64,000 nt of DNA from assembly GCA_030747075.1 (NCBI GenBank), contig JASLLL010000009.1, forward strand, positions 14,148-78,147. The letters are read 5' to 3'. Positions 9,523 to 18,856 of this stretch are shown here, piece after piece (positions within the stretch are counted from its first letter, which is position 1; every line of letters begins with the position of its first letter). The notes beneath the pieces are model-generated. The model was not told the DNA's origin. It made no database searches and was given only the letters and a program-made list of their open reading frames with translations. The position numbers and the translations under genes are program-made. Source of the stretch: Gemmatimonadota bacterium. GTDB taxonomy: Bacteria; ARS69.

Positions 9523-10248
9523 CTATCCGCCCGTGACAACCGGCGCGAGCAGCCGGAGCGCCATCAGTGCCAGCACCACGCGGAACATCTTGCGGAACAG
9601 CGCGTCCGGCATTCGCCCGAGAAGGCGTGTCCCGATCCATGTGCCCGCGATGACGCAGAGGAGAAGCGGCGCGATCCACTGCAGCCGCGGCACATAGTCG
9701 AAGCCCACGGAGAGGAACGCGGGGATCTTGAGCAGATGCCCGAACGACTGGATGGCCGCCTTCGTGGCGACGATCTCCCGGCGCTCCAGATCGTCCCGCA
9801 GGAAGAACGCCGCCAGAAACGGACCGGTGGCGCCGAGTGTTACGGTCAGCAGCCCTCCGACAAGCCCGGCAGGCAGGAAGACCCACCGGGGGACCACGAT
9901 GCGCTTGGGTTTGAAGCGGTCCCACAGGAGGAAGGCCAGCACGAAGGCGCCGATGGCGGGCTTGAACCCGGGCAGGCCTTCGCCGCCGGTGATCCGGATT
10001 CCCGCCACGACTCCAAGCACCATCCCCGGGGCGTAGAGTGCCACGATCCGCCAGCACACGCGGGGAAGCAGCGCGAGCATCCGCGAGAAGTTGCTGGTCA
10101 GCTGCACCACGCCGTGAACCGGCACAACCTCCGCAACCGGCAGGATGGATGCCATGACGGCCAGAAGGACCACGCCGCCACCCATGCCCAGCATGCCCGA
10201 AAGAGCGGAGGCGAGGAGGGCGGCAGGGATCAGAACGGGGAGGATCAC
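9523..10248 (-). CDS. TSUP-family (TauE/SafE, DUF81) membrane transporter
   Basis: About 8 TM helices with Gly-rich internal repeats typical of TSUP permeases (..GMGGGVVLLAVMA.. / ..TLGATGPFLAAFFL..). Confidence 0.7.
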   Translation of the reverse strand: MILPVLIPAALLASALSGMLGMGGGVVLLAVMASILPVAEVVPVHGVVQLTSNFSRMLALLPRVCWRIVALYAPGMVLGVVAGIRITGGEGLPGFKPAIGAFVLAFLLWDRFKPKRIVVPRWVFLPAGLVGGLLTVTLGATGPFLAAFFLRDDLERREIVATKAAIQSFGHLLKIPAFLSVGFDYVPRLQWIAPLLLCVIAGTWIGTRLLGRMPDALFRKMFRVVLALMALRLLAPVVTGG

Positions 10249-10412
10249 GAGCGTCTCCAGTGCGTTTCCGTGCAGAATATGCGCATTTCGCCCCCTTCGG
10301 GAACCTCGGATTGGCTGCGGGGTATGGAAGCCGGGTCCATCGGGATGCTTGACCCGACCGGTGGAGCTGCCGATACTCGGCAGGAATGTTGGTTTCTTGC
10401 GGGAGATGGCAA

Positions 10413-10817
10413 ATGCCCCTGATGGGAAAGGCCTTCATCTTCGTTCTGGTCGCCGGGCTGACGCTCCCGCTCGGACCGGGTGGAATCTGCTGCTGTCTCC
10501 TGGCCGATGACTGCCCCGATGCCGCCCCGAAGGCGGCCCCCGTGGAGTCGTGCTGCTCCTCCGGGGCCGGACCCGATGCGTCGGCCTCTTCCGCCCCGGC
10601 GGAGCGCGACTGCTGCGCCTGCCCCGAACTCCAGCCTGCACCATCCTCTTCCGCGACGCTTGCCGTGGTGGCCGCCGCCGGGAGTCCCCTCGCCGCTCCG
10701 GAGAGTCAGGTCCGGCTTGCCACTCCGGCTCAGGGCACGGAGGGCTTTCGAGAAGAGACCCACCCGCCCCCTGTCCTCGGGGCGGTCTACCGCACCACCT
10801 GCTCCCTGCTCTGCTGA
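10413..10817 (+). CDS. Small secreted Cys-rich protein (putative metal-binding), first gene of the heavy-metal efflux operon
   Basis: Signal peptide followed by clustered Cys (ICCCLL..DCPD..SCCSSG..DCCACPE.. and C-terminal TTCSLLC). GGGAG RBS. It sits immediately upstream of the TolC-MFP-RND genes. Confidence 0.45.
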   Translation: MPLMGKAFIFVLVAGLTLPLGPGGICCCLLADDCPDAAPKAAPVESCCSSGAGPDASASSAPAERDCCACPELQPAPSSSATLAVVAAAGSPLAAPESQVRLATPAQGTEGFREETHPPPVLGAVYRTTCSLLC

Positions 10818-10936
10818 GATTCCCCGTCCGGGTTGAGTGACCCTGACGGCCGGGTATGCCTGTGCCCGGCGACCGGTGATGTCCGCGGCGGAGCGTCCGC
10901 GAGCGGCCTGTCCCCGGGGAATCCGCACCTGCAGGA

Positions 10937-12262
10937 GTGATCATCATGACAGCCCGCTTCCTTCCGGGAGTCCGGCGTGCGGCAGTTGTGGCCGCGCTCT
11001 GGATACCGGCCGCTCAGACCGGCGCTGCCTTCGCCACTTCCGAACCCATGGCCCCGGGAGCCGTTCTGGACGAACTTCGGCGAGAGGTTCTTGCCGCCAA
11101 TCCCCGGCTTGCGGCGGCTCGCCACCGATGGGAGGCCGCGGAGTTCCGCGCTTCCGTTCGCGGTTCCTTTCCGGACCCCCGCGTGAACTGGGTTCGCTTT
11201 CTGGAGAGCGTGGAGACGAAAACGGGTCCGCAGACCGACCGCATTGGTGTGCGCCAGCGGATTCCCTGGCCGGGCCGTCTCGACGCCCGGGAGGCCGAAG
11301 CTTCGTCGCTTGCGTCCGTGCTTCGTGCCGGGGTCGATGACACGCGTGTCGGTCTCCTGCGCGACATCACTCACGCGTGGGCGGACCTCTATCTGCTGGA
11401 TCGGGAAGTGGACATCACGCGGGAGAACCTCGACATCCTGATCGAACTCGAACGCGTCCTTCGGCAACGCTACCGCACGGGCACCGCGCGCCACGCGGAT
11501 CTTGTGAAAGTGCAGGTGGAGCTGGGAGAACTGGAGGACCGCCTGCGAAGTCTGGAGGACCGGCGCCGCCCGGTGCTGGCGCGCATCAACGCGCTTCGCC
11601 GGAGTTCGCGTTCGGAGGGGGTTCCCTCCGCCGGAGAGCCGCGCGTCTTCCCGGGTGTCCCTTCGCTGGAAGAGGTGTCGGGAGCGCTTCTCGATCGAGC
11701 ACCCCGCCTGCGCGCTCGAGACAGGGCCGTGGACGCCGCCGGAGAAGCCGAACGCCTTGCGCGCATGGAAGCGTACCCGGACCTCATCGCGGGCGTGGAT
11801 TGGATTCGCACGGGTACCGAGTCCGCTTCGTCTGCCGGGGACGCCGGCCGGGACCCCGTGGCCGTGAGCTTCGCCGTGGATCTCCCCGTCTTTCGTGGGC
11901 GAATCCGGGACGGAGTCCATGCCGCGGAGGCATCGCTGGAGGAAGCGCGGGCCGCGCGCGTCGCGGAAGAGGACCGGCTCTTCGTGGACGCGGAAGACGC
12001 GCTCTATCGACTTCGGGATGCGGTGCGCCGCGAAGAACTCTACCGACAGGGGCTTCTTCCGAAGGCTCGTGAGTCGTGGATTGCATCTCTCACCGCATAC
12101 GAAGCGGCTCGCGGCGGGTTTCTCGATCTGATGGATGCCCGCCGCACACTGCTCGCTTTCGAACTGGCGCATGCGCGCGCCCGGGCGGATCGTTGTCGCG
12201 GTCTTGCCGATCTGGAGGCCATCACCGGCGTTGACTGGGCCGGACGGGAGGAGAACCGATGA
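10937..12262 (+). CDS. Outer-membrane efflux protein (TolC/OprM family) of the HME-RND system
   Basis: Signal peptide and the two-repeat OEP architecture. It directly precedes the MFP and RND genes. Confidence 0.8.
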   Translation: MIIMTARFLPGVRRAAVVAALWIPAAQTGAAFATSEPMAPGAVLDELRREVLAANPRLAAARHRWEAAEFRASVRGSFPDPRVNWVRFLESVETKTGPQTDRIGVRQRIPWPGRLDAREAEASSLASVLRAGVDDTRVGLLRDITHAWADLYLLDREVDITRENLDILIELERVLRQRYRTGTARHADLVKVQVELGELEDRLRSLEDRRRPVLARINALRRSSRSEGVPSAGEPRVFPGVPSLEEVSGALLDRAPRLRARDRAVDAAGEAERLARMEAYPDLIAGVDWIRTGTESASSAGDAGRDPVAVSFAVDLPVFRGRIRDGVHAAEASLEEARAARVAEEDRLFVDAEDALYRLRDAVRREELYRQGLLPKARESWIASLTAYEAARGGFLDLMDARRTLLAFELAHARARADRCRGLADLEAITGVDWAGREENR

Positions 12263-14217
12263 ACGCGAAGAGAACTGGCGGCCGCCCGGTCGGCAAGCTT
12301 GTGGGGATTGCACTGGTGCTGTTCGTGGCGGGGATTCTCGTCGGGCGCGCGTGGCTCGCGCCGTCGTCTCCCGCGCCCGGGACGCACGAAGGACACGAGC
12401 AGGAGGAAGCCGCTGAGGTCTGGACCTGCTCCATGCACCCGCAGGTGCGGCTTCCCTCGCCGGGGAAGTGCCCGATCTGTCGCATGGACCTCGTGCAGGT
12501 GGAGTCGGGCGCGGCAGGAGAGGACGGCGACGCGCCGCGTCTGGAGATGAGCGAGGCCGCACGGGTTCTGGCGGAGATCGAAACGGCGCCCGTCGTGCGG
12601 GATCGCCCGCGACTGGAGATCCGCATGACCGGGAAAGCGGAAGTGGATGAAACGCGCGTCCACGCGCTTTCGGCACGCGTGGCGGGTCGGCTGGATCGGA
12701 TGTTCGTGGACTACACGGGACTGCCCGTGCGTGCGGGAGATCACCTGGCGGAGATCTACAGCCCCGAACTGCTGGCCGCGCAGGAGGAGTTGCTGCAAGT
12801 GGTGGCTTCCCGGGGAGCGCTGTCGGGCGAATCGACCGGGCTTCTTTCCGACACCGCCACCGCAACCGTGGAGGCCGCCCGCGAGAAGCTGCGCCTTTAC
12901 GGACTCACCGAAGAACAGATCAAGGGAATCGAGCGTCGGGGAGAGACCGAAGACCATGTCACGCTCTTCGCCGACCACGGGGGCATTGTCATCGAGAAGA
13001 ACGCGGTCGTGGGGGACTATGTCCGCACGGGGACGACTATCTACCGCATCGCGGACTTGTCGCGACTATGGGTGGTGCTCGATGCGCACGAGTCCGATCT
13101 GGCGTGGCTTCGTTCCGGGCAGGAGGTGGAGTTTGACGCGGAGTCCCTTCCCGGGCGGATCTTCACCGGGCGCGTTTCGTTCATTGCGCCCGCGGTCGAG
13201 GAGGCGTCGCGTACGGTTCGCGTTCGAATCAATGTCGACAACTCCGACGGCTTGCTGAAGCCGGGGATGTTCGTCCGCGCAGTGGTGTATGCGGAAGTCG
13301 CGTCCGACGGGACCGTGGTCGCCAGCGAGTTTGCCGGACGCTGGGTCTGCCCGATGCACCCGGAAGTCGTGGGGGACGCCGCCGGATCCTGCGACGAGTG
13401 CGGGATGGACCTCGTGCCCGCGGAGGAGATGGGACTGGTGTCGGGAAGCCCGGATGGCGACGGGCCGCTTGTGGTGCCGGTGGAGTCGGTCCTTCGCACC
13501 GGGCGGCGCGCGATCGTCTATGTGGAAGTTCCCGATGCGCATCGTCCATCGTACGAGGGACGCGAAGTGGGACTCGGTCCGCGCGCGGGGGATGTGTACA
13601 TCGTGCAGTGGGGCCTGGAGGAAGGGGAACGCGTGGTGTCTCGCGGGAACTTCAAGATCGACAGTGCGCTGCAGATTCAGGCGAAGCCTTCCATGATGAG
13701 TCCCGGGGATGGAACGGATGCGATGGAACCGGAAGGGCCCGTCGCGGACGATGCGCTTCTTCGGATTCTGTCGGATGTGTACTCGACCTACTTCGAACTC
13801 CAGATGGCGCTGGCCGGAGATGATGCGACCGTCGCCGCTGCGGCATTCGCCCGGATCGGGACGCTGACGAACGGGAACTTCGACGACATCCGCCCCGGAA
13901 TCCGACCCGACTGGAAGGAGCGGGCCGTGCGTCTCGGGGAAGCGGTTGCGGCCGCTGAGGGTGTGGACATCGCCGCGATGCGCGTCGCCTTCGAAGACGC
14001 ATCGAAGGCGATGATCGACCTGGAGCGCACCTTCGGGCATGCCGGTGGCGAGCCGCACCATGTGACCTACTGTCCCATGGCGTTCGACTTCCGCGGGGCC
14101 TACTGGCTGCAGGATCACGAACGCATCGACAACCCGTACTTCGGTGCGTCGATGCTTCGGTGCGGGTCCGTCGAAGAGACCGTTCCGGGCGCCGCGTACG
14201 CAGGAGGGACGCGATGA
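12259..14217 (+). CDS. Membrane fusion protein (CusB/CzcB-like) with two CxMHP..CPxCxMxL metal-binding modules and a C-terminal Cys-motif extension
   Basis: WTCSMHPQVRLPSPGKCPICRMDLV and WVCPMHPEVVGDAAGSCDECGMDLV flank a barrel-sandwich/beta-barrel MFP core. An extra ~170 aa tail ends ..YCPMAFDFRGAYWLQ..NPYFGASMLRCG. ATGA overlap with the upstream and downstream genes. Confidence 0.8.
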   Translation: MNAKRTGGRPVGKLVGIALVLFVAGILVGRAWLAPSSPAPGTHEGHEQEEAAEVWTCSMHPQVRLPSPGKCPICRMDLVQVESGAAGEDGDAPRLEMSEAARVLAEIETAPVVRDRPRLEIRMTGKAEVDETRVHALSARVAGRLDRMFVDYTGLPVRAGDHLAEIYSPELLAAQEELLQVVASRGALSGESTGLLSDTATATVEAAREKLRLYGLTEEQIKGIERRGETEDHVTLFADHGGIVIEKNAVVGDYVRTGTTIYRIADLSRLWVVLDAHESDLAWLRSGQEVEFDAESLPGRIFTGRVSFIAPAVEEASRTVRVRINVDNSDGLLKPGMFVRAVVYAEVASDGTVVASEFAGRWVCPMHPEVVGDAAGSCDECGMDLVPAEEMGLVSGSPDGDGPLVVPVESVLRTGRRAIVYVEVPDAHRPSYEGREVGLGPRAGDVYIVQWGLEEGERVVSRGNFKIDSALQIQAKPSMMSPGDGTDAMEPEGPVADDALLRILSDVYSTYFELQMALAGDDATVAAAAFARIGTLTNGNFDDIRPGIRPDWKERAVRLGEAVAAAEGVDIAAMRVAFEDASKAMIDLERTFGHAGGEPHHVTYCPMAFDFRGAYWLQDHERIDNPYFGASMLRCGSVEETVPGAAYAGGTR

Positions 14218-17200
14218 ACCGGCGACCGCCATCCGGCGGCGACTCCCTGCTGGGGAAAGTCGTCGGGGCCTGTCTCACCAACCGCCTGCCACTGTTCCTT
14301 GCGGTCGCGGGGATCGTGCTGTGGGGATACTCGGCCGCGCCCTTCGACTGGAACCTGGGTGGAATCCCGCGTGACCCGGTTCCGGTGGACGCCATTCCCG
14401 ACCTGGGGGAGAACCAGCAGATCGTCTTCACCGACTGGCCCGGGCGTTCCCCGCGCGATGTCGAGGACCAGGTCACCTATCCGCTGACCGTTTCACTCCT
14501 CGGGCTTCCCGGCGTGAAGACGGTGCGGAGTTTCTCCTTCTTCGGGTTCTCTTCCGTCTATGTCATCTTCGAGGAGGGCGTGGACTTCTACTGGTCCCGC
14601 TCCCGGATTCTGGAGAAGCTCGCCAGCCTGCCTCGCGGAACACTGCCCGAAGATGTTCGCCCCGCACTCGGCCCGGACGCGACCGGGCTTGGACAGGTCT
14701 ACTGGTACACGCTGGAAGGCCGCGACGAGGAAGGCAACCCGGCGGGAGGCTGGGGGCTGGAGGAGTTGCGTTCGATCCAGGACTTCCTCGTGCGGTACGC
14801 GCTGGCCTCTGCCGACGGTGTCTCCGAGGTCGCGTCCGTCGGAGGCCATGTCCGCGAATACCAGATCGATGTGGACCCCGACGCCATGCGCTCGCGGGGG
14901 ATTGCGCTTCAGGATGTGTTTCGTGCGGTGAAGCGGTCGAATGTGGATGTCGGTGCGCGGACGATCGAAGTGAATCGCGTCGAGTATGTGGTCCGGGGTA
15001 CGGGCCTCCTGCAGGACATTCCCGAAATCGAATCCACGGTCGTCAAGTCGGTCGGGAATGTCCCCGTCACGATCGCCGACATCGCACGCGTGACGACCGG
15101 CCCGGCCATGCGTCGGGGTGCGCTCGACAAGAACGGTGCGGAGGCGGTCGGCGGGGTGGTGGTGGTTCGGACCGGCGAAAACCCGATGGAGGTCATCTCG
15201 AACATCCATCGGAAGGTCGAGGAGATCTCTCCGGGACTTCCATCGAAGACATTGCCCGACGGCACGGTCTCTCATGTGACGATCGTGCCCTTCTACGACC
15301 GCACGGGACTCATTCACGAAACGCTCGGCACGCTCGGGACCGCGCTCGAGGAAGAAGCACTGGTCACGATTGTCGTCGTTATGGTGATGGTCGCGCATCT
15401 GGCGACTTCGCTGCTGGTGTCGCTGGTGCTTCCGCTGGCGGTGCTTCTGGCATTCATCGCGATGAGAGTCGGCGGCGTGGACGCGAACATCGTGGCGCTC
15501 TCCGGGATTGCGATCGCCATCGGGACGATCGTGGATGTCGGGATCGTCATTGCGGAGAACATTCTGCGGCGTCTCCGTGAAGCGGAGCCGGATGAGGACC
15601 GGGTTGCCGTCATTCGCTCGGCGACCAGTGAGGTCGGGAGTGCGGTTCTCACGGCGGTGTTCACTACCGTGGCCGGGTTCCTGCCCGTCTTCGCGATGGA
15701 AGGCCCGGAGGGGAAGCTCTTCCGGCCGCTTGCGTGGACGAAAACCGCGACGCTGATCGCGTCCATTGTCGTGGCGTTGACGGTACTGCCGGCGATCGCG
15801 CGTACGCTTCATGCGAGAAGGAAACCGGTGCGCGGCGCGAAGTGGCTGCCCGCGGCGGCGGCGCTCCTCGCGGGAGTTCTTGTGGCGCGGGGAGTGTCCG
15901 TGACCGCCGGGTCGCTTCTGGTGCTTGCCGGCGGCGTGGGGCTGTTCAGGGACCGACTCCCCGCCCGCCTCCGGACCCGCGCGGGAGGGACCGTCAACGC
16001 GATGGTGGTGGCCGCGGTCGTCGTGCTTCTCGCGGGGCGATGGCTGCCGCTTGGACCCGAGCCGGGCTTCGCGCGGAATCTGGTGTTCGTGGCGGCGCTT
16101 CTCTTCGGCTGGCTTGGTCTTTTCCGCGCATTCGCACGGCACTACGAGTCCGTCCTGCGGTGGTGTCTCGGCCACAAGGCGTACTTCCTGGCGGCGCCCG
16201 TGTTTCTGGTGCTGCTGGGCGCGACCATCTGGCGCGGCTGGGAAGGGACGGCGGGGATCATCCCGTCCGGGATGAACCGCCTTCACCTTCCGGGTGACAC
16301 GCTTCGAGAAACCCGCCTCTGGCGATCCGCAATCGAGGCGTTCCCGGGGCTGGGCCGCGAGTTCATGCCCGACCTCGACGAGGGGTCCTTCCTCTACATG
16401 CCGACCACCATGCCGCACGCTTCGATCGGCGAAGCGATGGATGTGCTGGCGAAGCTCGATCTTGCGATCTCCGCCGTCCCGGAGGTGGAGTCCGCGGTGG
16501 GGAAGATCGGACGCGTGGAGAGCGCGCTGGATCCGGCGCCGGTGTCCATGGTGGAGATGGTCGTCAATCTGAAGTCGGAATACGCAACGGATGCCGCCGG
16601 AACGCGTCTTCGCTTTCGCTGGGATGACGAAGCAGCGGAGTTCGCGCGGGACGAGCGTGGAGAACTTGTGCCGGATCCACGCGGACGGGTCTTCCGCCAG
16701 TGGCGGGATGATACTCATTCCTCCGGCGACATCTGGGACGCCATCGTCGCGGCCGGGCGGATTCCCGGGACGACCTCCGCGCCCCGGCTCCAGCCGATCG
16801 CCGCCCGGATTGTCATGTTGCAGAGCGGGATGCGCGCGCCCATGGGCATCAAGATTCGCGGCCCGGATCTGGAGACTCTGGAGCGTGTCGGGCTGGATCT
16901 TGAGCGCATCCTTCAGACAGTTCCCGGGGTGGAACCCGCCACCGTGCTGGCTGACCGGATGGTGGGGAAGCCGTATCTGGAGATCAATGTGGATCGCGAG
17001 GCCATCGCGAGGCACGGGATTCTCGTACGGGATGTCCAGGATGTGATCGAGGTCGCGGTCGGGGGACGACGCGCAACCACGATGATCGAGGGGCGCGAAC
17101 GCTATGCGGTTCGGATCCGTTACCTGCGCGAACTTCGGGACACGATCGAATCGCTGGGACGCATCCTTGTGCCGACACCGTCCGGGGCGCACATTCCGCT

Positions 17201-18038
17201 GGAGGAGCTCTCGGACATGGTCTATGTGCGCGGGCCACAGGTGATCAAGAGCGAAGAGACTTTTCTGGTGGCCTATGTGACCTTTGACAAGAAGGCGGGT
17301 CTTGCGGAGATCGATGTGGTCGAGGAAGCGCGGACGCGTCTTGCGGTGGCGGTGGAATCGGGAGAACTCATCGTTCCGGCGGGCGTGAGCTGGACCTTCG
17401 CCGGGAACTATGAGAACCAGATCCGGTCGGAGAAGAAGCTCCGGGTAATCCTGCCGATTGCACTCGGGATCATCTTCCTGTTGCTCCATTTCCAGTTCCG
17501 CTCCATGGCGACGACAGCCCTGGTGTTCTCCGGAGTCCTGGTGGCGTGGTCCGGGGGCTTTCTGATGATCTGGCTCTACGGGCGGCCGGAGTTTCTGGAC
17601 TTCTCCGTCTTCGGAGTCTCCATGCGCGATCTCTTCCAGATCCACCCGATCAACCTGAGCGTCGCGGTGTGGGTGGGATTCCTGGCGCTGTTCGGGATCG
17701 CGACCGACGACGGCGTCATCATGTCCACCTACCTGACGAGCGAGTTCCGGAGGGAACCGCCGAAGACGCCCGAAGAGGTCCGTGACGCCACCGTGCGGGC
17801 CGGGTTGCGCCGCATTCGGCCCTGCCTCATGACGGCGGCGACGACCATTCTCGCACTGCTCCCGGTTCTGACTTCGACGGGACGCGGCGCGGATGTCATG
17901 ATCCCGATGGCGATCCCCTCGTTCGGAGGGATGACGGTTCAGCTGATCACGCTTCTGATCGTGCCGACGGTGTGGTGCTGGATGCACGAGCGAAAGCTGC
18001 GGCGTTCGTTCCCGGCGCCGGAAGGAGAGGTCGAGTGA
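14214..18038 (+). CDS. Heavy-metal efflux RND pump (CusA/CzcA family), unusually long (about 1274 aa)
   Basis: Typical HME-RND N-terminus and 12-TM pattern. ATG at 14214 is preceded by GGAGG and overlaps the MFP stop. There are extra hydrophobic and periplasmic insert segments relative to the ~1045 aa canonical size. Confidence 0.85.
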   Translation: MNRRPPSGGDSLLGKVVGACLTNRLPLFLAVAGIVLWGYSAAPFDWNLGGIPRDPVPVDAIPDLGENQQIVFTDWPGRSPRDVEDQVTYPLTVSLLGLPGVKTVRSFSFFGFSSVYVIFEEGVDFYWSRSRILEKLASLPRGTLPEDVRPALGPDATGLGQVYWYTLEGRDEEGNPAGGWGLEELRSIQDFLVRYALASADGVSEVASVGGHVREYQIDVDPDAMRSRGIALQDVFRAVKRSNVDVGARTIEVNRVEYVVRGTGLLQDIPEIESTVVKSVGNVPVTIADIARVTTGPAMRRGALDKNGAEAVGGVVVVRTGENPMEVISNIHRKVEEISPGLPSKTLPDGTVSHVTIVPFYDRTGLIHETLGTLGTALEEEALVTIVVVMVMVAHLATSLLVSLVLPLAVLLAFIAMRVGGVDANIVALSGIAIAIGTIVDVGIVIAENILRRLREAEPDEDRVAVIRSATSEVGSAVLTAVFTTVAGFLPVFAMEGPEGKLFRPLAWTKTATLIASIVVALTVLPAIARTLHARRKPVRGAKWLPAAAALLAGVLVARGVSVTAGSLLVLAGGVGLFRDRLPARLRTRAGGTVNAMVVAAVVVLLAGRWLPLGPEPGFARNLVFVAALLFGWLGLFRAFARHYESVLRWCLGHKAYFLAAPVFLVLLGATIWRGWEGTAGIIPSGMNRLHLPGDTLRETRLWRSAIEAFPGLGREFMPDLDEGSFLYMPTTMPHASIGEAMDVLAKLDLAISAVPEVESAVGKIGRVESALDPAPVSMVEMVVNLKSEYATDAAGTRLRFRWDDEAAEFARDERGELVPDPRGRVFRQWRDDTHSSGDIWDAIVAAGRIPGTTSAPRLQPIAARIVMLQSGMRAPMGIKIRGPDLETLERVGLDLERILQTVPGVEPATVLADRMVGKPYLEINVDREAIARHGILVRDVQDVIEVAVGGRRATTMIEGRERYAVRIRYLRELRDTIESLGRILVPTPSGAHIPLEELSDMVYVRGPQVIKSEETFLVAYVTFDKKAGLAEIDVVEEARTRLAVAVESGELIVPAGVSWTFAGNYENQIRSEKKLRVILPIALGIIFLLLHFQFRSMATTALVFSGVLVAWSGGFLMIWLYGRPEFLDFSVFGVSMRDLFQIHPINLSVAVWVGFLALFGIATDDGVIMSTYLTSEFRREPPKTPEEVRDATVRAGLRRIRPCLMTAATTILALLPVLTSTGRGADVMIPMAIPSFGGMTVQLITLLIVPTVWCWMHERKLRRSFPAPEGEVE

Positions 18039-18856
18039 GAGCGCTCTTCGGATTGGACCGACCCCTGTTTGCCATGCTCCATGTTCCGCCGTGCCCGGGC
18101 GTTCCCGGGTTCCCGGGGGTGGAGGAAGCCGTGGAGGCGATGACGCGTGATCTGGATGCGTGTCTCGCCGGAGGGATGGATGGGGTCGTGCTTGAGAACA
18201 TGCACGACTTCCCCTGCGTGCGCGAGGCGGAGATGGGGCCGGAGGTGGCGGCGTACATGACCCGCCTGGCCGTGGCGGCGCGAGCGCGGACGGATGAACT
18301 GTCCGAAGGCGCCCGCCGCCCGCCGATCGGGATTCAGGTGCTCTTCGCGGCAAACCGCACGGCTCTGGCGGTGGCGCAGGCGGCGGGACTGGACTTCATC
18401 CGTGCGGAGGCGTGGACGCATGCGCACATCAGCGACAAGGGATGGATCGATGCGCAGGGAGGGCGCGTCGTGCGTTACCAACACGCGATCGGCGCGAGCG
18501 GCATCCGTGTTTTTGTGGATGTGAAGAAGAAACACGCCAGCCACGCGCTGACCGCGGACCTGGCTCCGGGGGAGGTGGCCGCACTTCAGGAACTGCACCG
18601 TGCGGACGGCGTGATCGTGACCGGATCGGTCACGGGGGATGCGCCGGACGCCTCGGAACTCCGGGAGATTCGCGGTCAGACGAAGCTCCCGGTTCTTCTG
18701 GGAAGCGGGATCGACGCGTCCAACCTGGCGGAGTTCTTCCCCCTTGCGGACGGGTTCATCGTGGGGACGAGCCTGAAGGAAGGCGGGGAGTGGGATGCGC
18801 CGGTGGACAAGCGGCGCGTTCGGGAACTGGCGGAAGAGGCCCGGCGGTTGCGCTAG
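18035..18856 (+). CDS. BtpA/SgcQ-family TIM-barrel protein
   Basis: N-terminal ..LFAMLHVPPCPG.. matches the BtpA signature (..IHLPPLPGSP..). GTG at 18035 overlaps the RND stop (GTGA). Confidence 0.65.
   Translation: MRALFGLDRPLFAMLHVPPCPGVPGFPGVEEAVEAMTRDLDACLAGGMDGVVLENMHDFPCVREAEMGPEVAAYMTRLAVAARARTDELSEGARRPPIGIQVLFAANRTALAVAQAAGLDFIRAEAWTHAHISDKGWIDAQGGRVVRYQHAIGASGIRVFVDVKKKHASHALTADLAPGEVAALQELHRADGVIVTGSVTGDAPDASELREIRGQTKLPVLLGSGIDASNLAEFFPLADGFIVGTSLKEGGEWDAPVDKRRVRELAEEARRLR

Noticed and set aside
9052-10422. 456-aa plus-strand ORF spanning the ROK kinase 3' end and the TSUP transporter
   Set aside because: Arg-rich composition. It overlaps two genes with clear family signatures on their own frames.
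14493-18353. Very long ORFs antisense to real genes (14493..18353 minus, 1286 aa; 45913..49041 minus, 1042 aa; 30518..33748 minus, 1076 aa; 37374..40487 plus, 1037 aa; 6163..7923 minus, 586 aa)
   Set aside because: They are Arg/Pro/Gly/His-rich low-complexity translations lying opposite well-supported genes (RND pump, UbiD/Mqn, sigma-54 activator, SppA, radical SAM). This is typical stop-codon depletion in 70% GC DNA, not coding.
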